A stretch of DNA of 63,395 nt from a bacterium (GTDB lineage Bacteria; Patescibacteriota; Minisyncoccia; Phycocordibacterales; UBA5272): the NCBI GenBank assembly GCA_043745785.1, contig JAYTSG010000033.1:1-63395 (forward strand). The letters are read 5' to 3'. The notes beneath the pieces are model-generated. The model saw only the letters and a program-made list of their open reading frames with translations, did no database searches and was not told where the DNA came from. Positions 26,648 through 35,841 of the stretch are shown here, piece by piece. Within the stretch, counting starts at the first letter, position 1, and each line of letters starts with the position of its first letter. The position numbers and the translations under genes were made by a program.

Positions 26648-27499
26648 ATGCAGAGAGTTACTGATTTATTAAAAAATAAGAAAATATGGACAGCTCTTTT
26701 TTTTGTAGTGCTACTTCTCTCTGTCGTGTTAGTACAAAAAAAATATGACTCACAGTATGCTCGCCCATTGTCTATCATTGAATCGAGCACCTCTTATCTT
26801 TTTCCAGAAAAAATACTTCCCTATCTTTCTTTTGGTTTTACAAACCTCATTGCCGATTATTATTGGATAAATGCGATACAAGATATGAATCTTCGGTCAA
26901 CAAATATTGATCTCTATCTTAGCTATTTTTATAACATTTCAGCTCTTGACCCAAAATTTGCAGAACCCTACAGCTTTGCCATTTATGTAATCCCTAGTAA
27001 ACATGCTACAACGTTACTTGACTACGTGCTACCACTTGCCGAGAGGGGCATGGTAAATCTACCTAATAATTGGCAGATACCCTACTACTTAGGGTTTCAG
27101 TATCAGTTGGTTAAAAAATCTTACACTGACGCGTTACATTATATTTCTATTGCAGCAATAAAGCCTAATGCTCCTCAAGAGGTGGTGAGTGCTTATAGAG
27201 GTTACTTGGCTCGCTCCATTAGAGATGATAAAGTAGACAGCACCTTGATTAAGGTTATTTTAAAAACAAGTGAAAATCAAAATCTAAAAAATGAAGTACG
27301 AAAGGATTTAGCTGAGGAGTATTTTACTAAAGTTCTTGAACATGGCATTATTCAATACAAGATAAAATATCGTGAATATCCAAACAGGATAGAAGATCTG
27401 GTTAAGAAGAAGTTCGTTACTCTTCCTATAGATTTTTTTGAGAAACTTAGTGTTGATTATAATAAGTGGACAGGAACGGTGCTTGTAACTTTTAAATAG
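26648..27499 (+). CDS. Hypothetical membrane-anchored protein, operonic with the ABC transporter
   Basis: N-terminal TM; 2-nt gap from the permease stop. Confidence 0.5.
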   Translation: MQRVTDLLKNKKIWTALFFVVLLLSVVLVQKKYDSQYARPLSIIESSTSYLFPEKILPYLSFGFTNLIADYYWINAIQDMNLRSTNIDLYLSYFYNISALDPKFAEPYSFAIYVIPSKHATTLLDYVLPLAERGMVNLPNNWQIPYYLGFQYQLVKKSYTDALHYISIAAIKPNAPQEVVSAYRGYLARSIRDDKVDSTLIKVILKTSENQNLKNEVRKDLAEEYFTKVLEHGIIQYKIKYREYPNRIEDLVKKKFVTLPIDFFEKLSVDYNKWTGTVLVTFK

Positions 27500-27577
27500 A
27501 TTTGTCGAGTTCGCAAATCTTTTTCGAGATTAATTTTTATTCGCGAATAATACCCCGTGGCGTGAGCCCGGGGTTGT

Positions 27578-28270
27578 TTATTTTTGTTTTATTATTTCTA
27601 CAACTATCTTGATGGTTTGGTTTTCTTTTAGTAAAAAAGATGAAGGTAAAGAGTCTTCATTAAAAGAAACACCAATTACCGGTTCTATGCATATATATTT
27701 CTCGACATCGTCAGTCCATAGACAAAAAGCATAAGAAAAAATATGAGTAACATCAGTCGATATCGCTTGGCAACGTATGGTGTAGTTTCCGCTTATGTTC
27801 TGCATTTCTGCAACAGCGGAGGTGTCTCCCTCGTTACACGGAATCGCAAGTTTGATTGAAAGTGGTAGTGAATTTTTGAGAAGAGTTTTCCCTGCTATAT
27901 GTATTTGTAGATCATCTTTCATTACCATATAAGGGTGAAACCCTGGCCGTATCAATGTTTCATGAGAATGTGAGGTGATATCTATAGTAGAAGTGAACCC
28001 CGTTTCATCTATTTTCCAATTGCAAGTAGTTGCAAGAGACCCCCATGGTCCTTCTATGTTTTTACTATACATTTCATCATTTCCTTTTCCTGCTATTTTT
28101 CTATATTCACCATGCCTTACGGTAAATGGAATTACAGCTTCATCAAAATTAGGGAGACACCAAAAAGCACCTCCACGATATGGACTCTCATCGTCATAGG
28201 GGTAAATAATTTCTTTTTCTTCCATCGATAAGGAAAGAAGTGTTCCAGTAAAAGATAGTGGTAATGACAT
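27578..28270 (-). CDS. Aldose 1-epimerase-like (mutarotase-fold) protein
   Basis: RGGAFWCLPNF, RPGFHPYM and CIEP resemble conserved mutarotase-family blocks; start chosen at MSLPLSF. Confidence 0.45.
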   Translation of the reverse strand: MSLPLSFTGTLLSLSMEEKEIIYPYDDESPYRGGAFWCLPNFDEAVIPFTVRHGEYRKIAGKGNDEMYSKNIEGPWGSLATTCNWKIDETGFTSTIDITSHSHETLIRPGFHPYMVMKDDLQIHIAGKTLLKNSLPLSIKLAIPCNEGDTSAVAEMQNISGNYTIRCQAISTDVTHIFSYAFCLWTDDVEKYICIEPVIGVSFNEDSLPSSFLLKENQTIKIVVEIIKQK

Positions 28271-28355
28271 ATTCTTTTTAGTATACACCGGTGTTAAAGA
28301 AATAAAATAGAAATAATCACAGGCTTTTCTTTGCATATCATGTATACTAAGAACA

Positions 28356-28979
28356 ATGAATCAAACGGTAAGTATTGAAAAAAGAAAGTATAGTGAATCT
28401 CTTGCCGAAGGGTTCACTTTTTTTGTTTTTGCTGTTTTCCTTACTCACTACGCTAGTCTCTATGCGAAAATTAGAGCGAGTAATTTTGTTGACGATATTA
28501 TTTTGAGTAACACTCGTGTTTACAATTTTGAAACCATATTCGTAGAAGGAGCGATATTTATGTCTTTCTTTGTTATTCTTTTGTGTTTCAAATATTACAA
28601 AGGCGCTCCGTACATACTCAAGACAGTTTCAATGTTTATTGCTGTTAGAGCTCTCTTTGTTATGATGACGCACATTGCGCCGTTTCCTCTACAGCTTGAT
28701 GTGTCTTCTAACCTTCTTAGTTTTATTACGACAGGCAATGATCTTTTTTTCTCAGGGCATACAGGGTTACCTTTTCTTGTTGCGCTTATATTTTGGAAAC
28801 ATGAGTATTTAAGAAGGTTCTTTCTCTCATCTTCTTTCGTATTTGGCACAATAGTACTACTCGCACATCTGCATTACACTATTGACGTTTTTGCTGCATT
28901 CTTTATTACTCATAGTATTTATACTGTCTCCAAGAAACTTTTCAGTGAAGATTATGAACGATTTGAAAAGTGTATATAA
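28356..28979 (+). CDS. PAP2_C / sphingomyelin-synthase-like membrane protein
   Basis: FFSGHTG and HYTIDVF motifs in a polytopic membrane protein. Confidence 0.5.
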   Translation: MNQTVSIEKRKYSESLAEGFTFFVFAVFLTHYASLYAKIRASNFVDDIILSNTRVYNFETIFVEGAIFMSFFVILLCFKYYKGAPYILKTVSMFIAVRALFVMMTHIAPFPLQLDVSSNLLSFITTGNDLFFSGHTGLPFLVALIFWKHEYLRRFFLSSSFVFGTIVLLAHLHYTIDVFAAFFITHSIYTVSKKLFSEDYERFEKCI

Positions 28980-29844
28980 ATGGCGCTTCTTTAAAACTAA
29001 AAAAGAGAAAGACTTTATTATAAAAAATATAAAAAAAGGAAAACTCATTCCATTAGGCATCTATGTTTGTTACCTGCTTGGCGCGACGAGATTTGTTAAA
29101 GTAGAAAGGAACTATTATAAACTTTACTTCTCGAGAGACCCTTATGCGCTTTGGCTCTATTTTCACCCAAAGAAAGAAAGAAAAGAAGAAGAATTTGTCT
29201 ATGAATTTTTAAAAGAGGGAAATAACTTCGTGGACTGTGGGGCTCACTTAGGAACAGTGAGTTTCACTGCGTCATATAAAGTCGGTGTGAGAGGCAAAGT
29301 GATAAGCATAGAAGCACACCCCGATACTTTTCGGTACCTTAAAAGAAATAATGAGCTTCAGAAATATGAAAATACCATCTTTATCAATGCTGGAGTAGGA
29401 GAGAGAGAAGGGTTCTCGTATATATCTACGTCCTATGTGAGTGATATGAACCATATTGGTGCAAGTGGCAGGGAAGTAAAGATGATTACTCTGGAACCAC
29501 TTATACAAAAAATGGGAAAAGTCGACTTACTCAAGCTTGATGTTGAGGGTATGGAACTCGTAGCTCTCCGTGGAGCGGGAGAAGGGTTAACATTAGTCGA
29601 TGCGATTATCTTTGAAAGTTCAGAAAGTCTTTACGAAAGAAATGGCTATTCATTACAGGAAATGTTTCATTTTCTTACAATGCGAGGATACGAAGTTTTT
29701 CGTTTTGTCGGCGATAGTGTTTTTTGTATGGAAAAAATAGATTATCTTTATCGCACAAAAAAGAGGTACGAAGATTTAGTTGCGGTTAAGGGTGCTGGAA
29801 AAATTCGCCTCCAAATGATGTTAAAGAATCGACAACCTTTTTAA
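28954..29844 (+). CDS. FkbM-family methyltransferase
   Basis: FVDCGAHLGTVS SAM-binding motif and IEAHPDTFRYLKRN; start chosen at MNDLKS. Confidence 0.65.
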   Translation: MNDLKSVYKWRFFKTKKEKDFIIKNIKKGKLIPLGIYVCYLLGATRFVKVERNYYKLYFSRDPYALWLYFHPKKERKEEEFVYEFLKEGNNFVDCGAHLGTVSFTASYKVGVRGKVISIEAHPDTFRYLKRNNELQKYENTIFINAGVGEREGFSYISTSYVSDMNHIGASGREVKMITLEPLIQKMGKVDLLKLDVEGMELVALRGAGEGLTLVDAIIFESSESLYERNGYSLQEMFHFLTMRGYEVFRFVGDSVFCMEKIDYLYRTKKRYEDLVAVKGAGKIRLQMMLKNRQPF

Positions 29845-29879
29845 AAGGTTCTGTTTTTTTTAGTATAAAAAGTATAACT

Positions 29880-30135
29880 CCATTCCCTATCATCTCTACC
29901 TCAAGCCCTTGTAGGAAAGTTTGAAAACCCTCGGTTTTCAATAATCCTTGCGGAGTAGTTCCTATAGATACCCGGTTGATACGAACGGAGTGAGTGAGGG
30001 GAGGTCTTTGACCTGGGGAGTTTTATTCGAATCTCTCTAAGAAGTTCTCTGTTTTTGCAAAAGGAGAAGAGTGACAAAGATTTTTCCTTTGTATTTCTGT
30101 GCGGAACATGACTGTGTTCTAACAAGCATTTAATA
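29880..30135 (+). repeat. Degenerate module-like sequence with no adjacent tRNA
   Basis: gaacggagtgagtgaggggagg resembles the M1 body aaacggtgaggagcgggagg; gtaggaaagtttgaaaacc resembles gcgggatttgaaagtcc; gtgacaaag...atttctgtgcgg resembles the Arg-type 3' end. Confidence 0.3.
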
Positions 30136-30186
30136 ACTTTATAAATAAAAGCCATTAAGTTACAATAATAAACATAAATAAAAAAT

Positions 30187-30822
30187 ATGAAAACAATACA
30201 GGATGCATTTTTATGGAGAGCTGCTATTAAAGAATATAATAAAGAAGAGATACTTACTTCAAATGAGGTAGAGACTTTGCTCGAAGCTTTACGTATGTCT
30301 CCGTCGTCTTATGGATTACAGCCGTATAAGGTAGTCGTTGTTGAGAACAAAGAAATTCGTGAGAAATTAAAAACAGTTTCATATGATCAGACTCAAATAA
30401 CTGACGCATCACATTTTATCGTCCTTGCAGCAAGGATTGATGAAAATGAAAAAGATGTCGCTTTGTTTATAGAAAATATTGCCTTAGTTCGTGGTATGAA
30501 GAAAGAAGATTTAGCTAGTTATCAAGGTATGATGAACGGAGCTTTGTCTCATATGACTGCAGTCGGAGCAAAGACTATTTGGGCTAGTAAGCAAGCGTAT
30601 CTTGGTCTCGGAGTACTGCTTACTGCTGCGGCGCTTATGGAAATTGATGCATCTCCCATGGAAGGTTTCGATGCTACTGCCTACGATGAAATTCTCGATC
30701 TTACAAAAGACGGCTACACAACAGTGGTTATCTGCGCTCTCGGAAAGCGTGCAGAGACAGATGAGTATTCAAAGTTACTAAAGGTGAGAAAGAGTAAAGA
30801 AGATTTTATTGTTATTGTTTAA
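30187..30822 (+). CDS. Nitroreductase-family protein
   Basis: AIKEYNKE...LEALRMSPSSYGLQPYKVVVV and MEGFD patterns. Confidence 0.75.
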   Translation: MKTIQDAFLWRAAIKEYNKEEILTSNEVETLLEALRMSPSSYGLQPYKVVVVENKEIREKLKTVSYDQTQITDASHFIVLAARIDENEKDVALFIENIALVRGMKKEDLASYQGMMNGALSHMTAVGAKTIWASKQAYLGLGVLLTAAALMEIDASPMEGFDATAYDEILDLTKDGYTTVVICALGKRAETDEYSKLLKVRKSKEDFIVIV

Positions 30823-30843
30823 ATAAAAAATTAGTAATGACGG

Positions 30844-30888
30844 AAAAGGATGGGCTCGCCCTACGGGCGAGCCCATCCTTTTCTTTTT
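30844..30888 (+). terminator. Strong intrinsic terminator
   Basis: aaaaggatgggctcgcc/ggcgagcccatcctttt 17-bp stem followed by a T run. Confidence 0.8.
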
Positions 30889-30912
30889 GTCTATATTTGT
30901 TAGTATGTCTAT

Positions 30913-31755
30913 ATGTATACAGTACTCCTCTTCTATAAATACGTCACCATTAAAGACGCATCGACTCTTATGCTTTATATGAAAGGTTTATGCGAAGGCC
31001 TTTCGCTCACAGGTAGAATCATCCTTGCAGAAGAGGGGGTTAATGGAACTCTCGAAGGAAAAACGGAAGATACTGAAAGATTTCTTAAACAGTTTCTTCT
31101 TGATAAAAGGTTCAAAGATATTGAGGTCAAGAAAAGTGTAGGAATAGGAAATGCTTTCCCAAAACTCTCTATCAAAGTTCGTGAAGAAATAGTGGCTACT
31201 AAATTACCAAAAGAAATTAATCCAAGAAAAAAGACAGGTATCTATCTGAAACCAGAAGAGCTCCATGCTTTTTATGAAGAAGGAAAAGATTTTGTGGTCA
31301 TTGATATGCGCAATTCCTACGAAATAAAATCAGGCTACTTTGATAAGACGATAGATCCAGGGATGAGTGCATCGAGAGAACTCTCTGACGTAGTTGAAAA
31401 ACTTCGTATTTACAAAGATAAAACTATTGTTACCACCTGTACAGGTGGAGTAAGATGTGAAAAAATGTCGGCATACCTCCTTCATGAGGGTTTCAAAAAT
31501 GTGTATCAACTCCATAATGGCATACATAGTTACATGGAAAAATATCCAGGTAAAAACTTTAAAGGAACACTTTATACTTTTGACAATAGGCGGGTTATGG
31601 ATTTTGGTGGAGAAAGAGAAATAGTGGGGAGATGTGCAGATTGTGACGCTTCAACAGAAGACTACTATGATTTTAAAAAAGAAAATGGAGAAGAGAATCA
31701 GACACTCTTTTGTTTCTCTTGTGCGGAGAAAAAAGGTGAAAAAGTGAGGAAATAG
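30913..31755 (+). CDS. trhO: Rhodanese-domain tRNA uridine(34) hydroxylase (TrhO/YceA family)
   Basis: LLFYKY...GRIILAEEGVNGTLEG N-terminal domain; rhodanese loop CTGGVRCEK. Confidence 0.75.
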   Translation: MYTVLLFYKYVTIKDASTLMLYMKGLCEGLSLTGRIILAEEGVNGTLEGKTEDTERFLKQFLLDKRFKDIEVKKSVGIGNAFPKLSIKVREEIVATKLPKEINPRKKTGIYLKPEELHAFYEEGKDFVVIDMRNSYEIKSGYFDKTIDPGMSASRELSDVVEKLRIYKDKTIVTTCTGGVRCEKMSAYLLHEGFKNVYQLHNGIHSYMEKYPGKNFKGTLYTFDNRRVMDFGGEREIVGRCADCDASTEDYYDFKKENGEENQTLFCFSCAEKKGEKVRK

Positions 31756-31825
31756 TATAAATTACTTTTCAGTCACTGTCTTTGCTATACTGGCTCTATT
31801 AGTCGTATGTAAAGAATAAACAACT

Positions 31826-32611
31826 ATGAATGAACAAAAAAATTATTATATGAAAACTTGGCCTGTTATTGTGCTTGCCACCTCACTCGCTCTGTCTGCG
31901 CTCATCGCATCTAGTGCGTATCGCTTTAGTGCTTTGCATGGAAATGACCTCGCTACTCCTACTATAACTGTTTCTGGTGAAGGAGAAGCGACAGCGCTTC
32001 CAGATATCGCCACAGTAACTTTTACTATTAACCAAGTCTCAGTAAATGTGAAAGATGCACAAAAGAAGGTTGAGAATACGATGAGTACCGTATCAATCGC
32101 TCTTAATGCTCTTGGTGTTAGTGGTAAGGACGTCAAGACTGAAACTTATTCAGTAAGTCCAAAGTACAGCTATCCTCAGATAATTTGCATGTCATCATCT
32201 TGTCCTGCTTCTTCACCTAAACTCGAAGGGTATGAAGTAAGCGAGACTGTTTCGGTAAAGGTTCGCAAGATAGATGTAGCAGGGGATGTGCTCGCACTTC
32301 TTGGTAAAAATGAAGTAAAAGATATTTCTGGTCCTCAATTTTCTGTTGAGAACAATGAAGCGCTTCTTAAAACTGCACGTACACAAGCAATAGAAAAAGC
32401 AGAAGTAAAAGCAAAAGAAACAGCAAAGTCCCTCGGTGTTTCTCTCGGTGAAATAAAGTCATATAATGAAGGTGGAAGTACACCGTATATGCCTATGTAT
32501 ACCAAAACCATGTCTTTAGATGCGTTTGCGGGAGGGGTAGAGAAAGTTACTTTAGCTCCTGGAGAGTCAAAAGTAAAGGTAAGTGTGTCTATTGTGTATA
32601 CACTAAAATAG
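31826..32611 (+). CDS. SIMPL/DUF541-family secreted protein
   Basis: N-terminal TM, then ITVSGEGEATALPDIATVTFTI typical of DUF541. Confidence 0.65.
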   Translation: MNEQKNYYMKTWPVIVLATSLALSALIASSAYRFSALHGNDLATPTITVSGEGEATALPDIATVTFTINQVSVNVKDAQKKVENTMSTVSIALNALGVSGKDVKTETYSVSPKYSYPQIICMSSSCPASSPKLEGYEVSETVSVKVRKIDVAGDVLALLGKNEVKDISGPQFSVENNEALLKTARTQAIEKAEVKAKETAKSLGVSLGEIKSYNEGGSTPYMPMYTKTMSLDAFAGGVEKVTLAPGESKVKVSVSIVYTLK

Positions 32612-32751
32612 TTTTTAGTAAGATACAAAAAAGGGTTAATACAAAACACGGAGCCGAAGGTCCCGTGTTTTGTATTAACCAACTACATTTCATAAAAACT
32701 TGCGTTATTTTATTTTTTCACTATACTTGCACAAGTCCTTGAGATAATTAA

Positions 32752-33330
32752 ATGCTCAAGTTTTTGAAAATAAATCAGCAAGGAGTTGAGATGAAATGTA
32801 AGCAGGTGATTCTGTGTGGAGTCCTCTCAGTTTTTTTAGCTACGACAGGTCACTCTCAAATCGTAGCTGTCACGGCGTGTCTTTCGTCTGATATTATGTA
32901 CACTGCGTTTAACGATGCCGTTTGGCCTGCAGATGCCGTCAAACTGGGAAAGGTATTTCAGGGTTGTCACCCCGACAAAGTCTCATCTGAAATGGTTGAC
33001 AGGATCGAAATAATGAAGGCTTCGCAGGCGGTTATCCGGAAGACATCTTTATTTCCCGAAGGTTTTTTTGCAGCAAAGCAAGAATACCTTCGTCTTGCAG
33101 GGTTAGGCGACTCAGATGCTGCGTTAAAAGCTGCCGAAAGTTGCAAAGAAGGCTCTCGGCGTATTGCATGGCTCGAGTACGCGGCACTGCTCGGCAATGC
33201 TAGAGCAGCCAAAAGTCTCACCAACCACTACAGTACTTTGGGACAAACAAATGAGGCGGCAAAGTGGCTAAAGCTTGCAGTCGAGCAGGGTGCGCAGATG
33301 CCAGCAACTTTTGACAATGTAAGAAAATAA
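32752..33330 (+). CDS. Sel1-like repeat protein with signal peptide
   Basis: AAKSLTNHYSTLGQTNEAAKWLKLAVEQG Sel1/TPR-like repeats; GC visibly higher than neighbours. Confidence 0.6.
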   Translation: MLKFLKINQQGVEMKCKQVILCGVLSVFLATTGHSQIVAVTACLSSDIMYTAFNDAVWPADAVKLGKVFQGCHPDKVSSEMVDRIEIMKASQAVIRKTSLFPEGFFAAKQEYLRLAGLGDSDAALKAAESCKEGSRRIAWLEYAALLGNARAAKSLTNHYSTLGQTNEAAKWLKLAVEQGAQMPATFDNVRK

Positions 33331-33408
33331 TAACCTTCTCAATGAGGAGGTCATTGAAAATCCGTTTGACAAACGGATTTTTTGTATAGCACTCTCTTTA
33401 ATAAGACC

Positions 33409-33436
33409 TTGACTTTCCGACTCTTTCTAGTATACT
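33409..33436 (+). promoter_or_regulatory. Sigma-70-like promoter upstream of secE
   Basis: TTGACT (33409-33414), 16-nt spacer, TATACT (33431-33436). Confidence 0.5.
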
Positions 33437-33456
33437 TTGTGTTATTAGAGAAGTTT

Positions 33457-33500
33457 CGCTCCATGATATCTGTTTACGATATCCATTTCGGAGCGTTTTT
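33457..33500 (+). promoter_or_regulatory. Terminator-like hairpin inside the secE-nusG leader (possible attenuator)
   Basis: cgctcc...gatatc-tgtttac-gatatc...ggagcg stem followed by TTTTT, ending 14 nt before the secE ATG. Confidence 0.45.
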
Positions 33501-33513
33501 TAGAATAAGAACT

Positions 33514-33708
33514 ATGAGTATTATTTCCTACATCGGTGAAGTGAAAGCAGAACTTAAGAATGTAAAGTGGCCAACGTTTGAGCAAACAGTCATGTATACA
33601 GCTTCAGTTCTTTTAGTTTCGGCAGTAGCAGGACTTTTCCTAACAGGGGTCGACGTCACTCTCAAAGAGGGATTGAAACGTATGGTAGAAATCATTATTA
33701 AAAAATAA
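33514..33708 (+). CDS. secE: Preprotein translocase subunit SecE
   Basis: 64 aa; EVKAELKNVKWPT followed by a single TM; sits upstream of nusG. Confidence 0.8.
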   Translation: MSIISYIGEVKAELKNVKWPTFEQTVMYTASVLLVSAVAGLFLTGVDVTLKEGLKRMVEIIIKK

Positions 33709-33711
33709 TTT

Positions 33712-34257
33712 ATGGCAAAACAAGAACTTGGAGGAGATAGGCACTGGTACGCAATCCATACCTACAGTGGGTATGAAAATGCAGTGATGAGAAATCTCAA
33801 GCAACGTATTGAGTCTCTCGGTATGGAAGATAAAATTTTCACCGTGCTTGTCCCTGTTGAAAAGAAAATCAAAGTAAAAGGCGCAAAGCGTGTCGAGGTA
33901 GAAGAAAAAATTTATCCTGGCTATGTTCTCGTCGATATGATTGTAGATGATAATTCATGGTACGTTGTGCGTAACACTCCGCGCGTAACAGGTTTTGTCG
34001 GAGCTGGAACTACTCCAGTACCACTCTCACAGCATGAAATAGACCTCCTCTTTTCCCGTATGGAAAATAGTAAAATAGAACATGAGATTACTGTTGAGTC
34101 TGGAGAAATGGTCACTATTACTGATGGTCCGTTTAAAGATTTTGAAGGAAAGGTGAGTGAAGTTGATAAAGGCAGAGGAAAGCTCAAGGTTTTGGTAAAT
34201 ATGTTTGGACGTGAGACTCCAGTTGAGCTCGATTTTCTCCAAGTAAAGAAAATATAA
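33712..34257 (+). CDS. nusG: Transcription termination/antitermination factor NusG
   Basis: [17 protein letters not shown] start and C-terminal KOW ([10 protein letters not shown]). Confidence 0.9.
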   Translation: MAKQELGGDRHWYAIHTYSGYENAVMRNLKQRIESLGMEDKIFTVLVPVEKKIKVKGAKRVEVEEKIYPGYVLVDMIVDDNSWYVVRNTPRVTGFVGAGTTPVPLSQHEIDLLFSRMENSKIEHEITVESGEMVTITDGPFKDFEGKVSEVDKGRGKLKVLVNMFGRETPVELDFLQVKKI

Positions 34258-34458
34258 ATAAAGAAGAGATAAATCACTCCATCTATTTTGTTGAAAATAA
34301 TTTTTTCTTCCGTATTGTACAAGTAAGTACATTTTGGTTGTAAAAATCATTTTCTCCTCGCAACTAAAGCAGTATCTCTCTTCCTAGGCTTAAGAAATAA
34401 AAATTGCCAAAAAGCAAAAAATCTGATAGAATAAGCAAACTTTAAAAGAAAAAATATC

Positions 34459-34869
34459 ATGGCTAAGAAAATTACAAAATACGTCAAAGTACAAATAGAA
34501 GCAGCAAAGGCAACTCCCGCTCCACCACTTGGTCCCGCTCTCGGTCAGGCTGGTGTTCAGATTGGTGATTTCGTGAACAAGTTCAACACAGCTACACAAG
34601 GAATGCAGGGAAGACTTTCTGTTAAAATCTACGTGTATGAAGACAGAACTTACGATTTCGTTATAAAGACTCCAACCGCTACATCTCTTATCATGAAAGC
34701 AGCTGGCATCACCAAAGGTAATTCAAAAGGGAATGCTGGAACTATTTCAAAGGATGAAATCAAGCGCATCGCAGAACTTAAGATGAAAGATTTGACAGCT
34801 CACTCTGTAGAGCAGGCGATGAAAATCATTGAAGGGTCAGCACGTTCTATGGGTCTCAAAGTAAAGTAG
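34459..34869 (+). CDS. rplK: 50S ribosomal protein L11
   Basis: KVQIEAAKATPAPPLGPALGQAGV typical of L11. Confidence 0.9.
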   Translation: MAKKITKYVKVQIEAAKATPAPPLGPALGQAGVQIGDFVNKFNTATQGMQGRLSVKIYVYEDRTYDFVIKTPTATSLIMKAAGITKGNSKGNAGTISKDEIKRIAELKMKDLTAHSVEQAMKIIEGSARSMGLKVK

Positions 34870-34984
34870 TTCTAAAAGTATTCCGTCTTCTTTGTTGTAA
34901 CTTCATTTTTGTCAGTCATCGTACCACTAAGTACGTTTCCTTCCAAAAACTCGTTACGCCTTGAATACGAAACACTTTTAAAAC
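34869..34984 (+). repeat. Dispersed roughly 115-nt element R3, copy A
   Basis: Core cgtaccactaagtacgtttccttccaaaaactcgttacgcct is homologous to 52908-52946; locus-specific imperfect inverted termini 34869-34885 / 34968-34984. Confidence 0.55.
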
Positions 34985-35017
34985 TACATAAAATTCTTTA
35001 GTTAACAACTTAGAATC

Positions 35018-35046
35018 AAAAAATCTCGCATTCGCGAGATTTTTTG
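35018..35046. terminator. Bidirectional terminator
   Basis: aaaaaatctcgc-attc-gcgagatttttt. Confidence 0.75.
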
Positions 35047-35106
35047 CTTTATGATAGAGTGCTTTCTGTACAGCCCTCGTGGCTGAAATAACATCTGGAG
35101 GCTCGT

Positions 35107-35688
35107 ATGAGCATCAAGAGTGATAAGTGGATACGCCGCATGGCGCAGCAGTCGGGCATGATCGAACCGTTTGAGCCCGGTCAAGTACGCCAGTCGGTCG
35201 ACGGCCAGAAGATCGTCAGCTACGGCACCAGCAGCTACGGCTACGATGTGCGTTGTGGCCCTGAGTTCAAAGTTTTTACGAACATTTTCAGTACTGTGGT
35301 CGATCCGAAGAACTTCGATGAAAAGAGCTTCGTTGACTGGAATGCGGATGATCACGAAGGGGTTTGTGTCATTCCTCCAAACAGCTTTGCACTCGCGCGC
35401 ACGCTGGAGTACTTCCGCATACCGCGCAACGTGCTGACCATCTGCTTGGGTAAGTCCACCTACGCCCGCTGCGGCATCATCGTCAACGTCACGCCTTTCG
35501 AGCCTGAGTGGGAAGGTTACGTGACGCTAGAGTTCAGTAATACGACGCCGCTGCCGGCCAAGATTTACGCTGGTGAAGGCTGCGCGCAGGTGCTGTTCTT
35601 CGAGAGCGACGAGGTCTGCGAGACGAGTTACAAGGACCGAGGGGGCAAGTATCAAGGACAGCGTGGTGTGACGCTACCTAAGGCGTGA
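35107..35688 (+). CDS. dcd: dCTP deaminase
   Basis: [20 protein letters not shown]...[20 protein letters not shown] pattern of Dcd; about 60% GC in hand-counted lines. Confidence 0.85.
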   Translation: MSIKSDKWIRRMAQQSGMIEPFEPGQVRQSVDGQKIVSYGTSSYGYDVRCGPEFKVFTNIFSTVVDPKNFDEKSFVDWNADDHEGVCVIPPNSFALARTLEYFRIPRNVLTICLGKSTYARCGIIVNVTPFEPEWEGYVTLEFSNTTPLPAKIYAGEGCAQVLFFESDEVCETSYKDRGGKYQGQRGVTLPKA

Positions 35689-35790
35689 TGGGTGAGGTGC
35701 TGTGAGTACCAAAGAAAGGTGAGTCTACGGACCCACCTTTTCTTCTTTCTTACTTTCAGAGTTGACACCTAAAGAAATGTTTTCATAACC

Positions 35791-35822
35791 CAAAAAAAGA
35801 AAGAGGCACCTTTGTGGTGCCC
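35791..35822 (-). terminator. Intrinsic terminator for thyX
   Basis: ggcacc/ggtgcc stem followed on the minus strand by a T run. Confidence 0.6.
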
Positions 35823-35841
35823 CGAGCCAAATGGCTGCTGT

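Noticed and set aside
29905-29985. RNase P RNA, because of aggaaagt and acccggttga motifs resembling the two P4 strands
   Set aside because: The two motifs are only about 55 nt apart, and no P1-P3, P15 or specificity-domain features could be folded. The region fits better as a degenerate module copy, and a dedicated RNase P model would be needed to revisit this.
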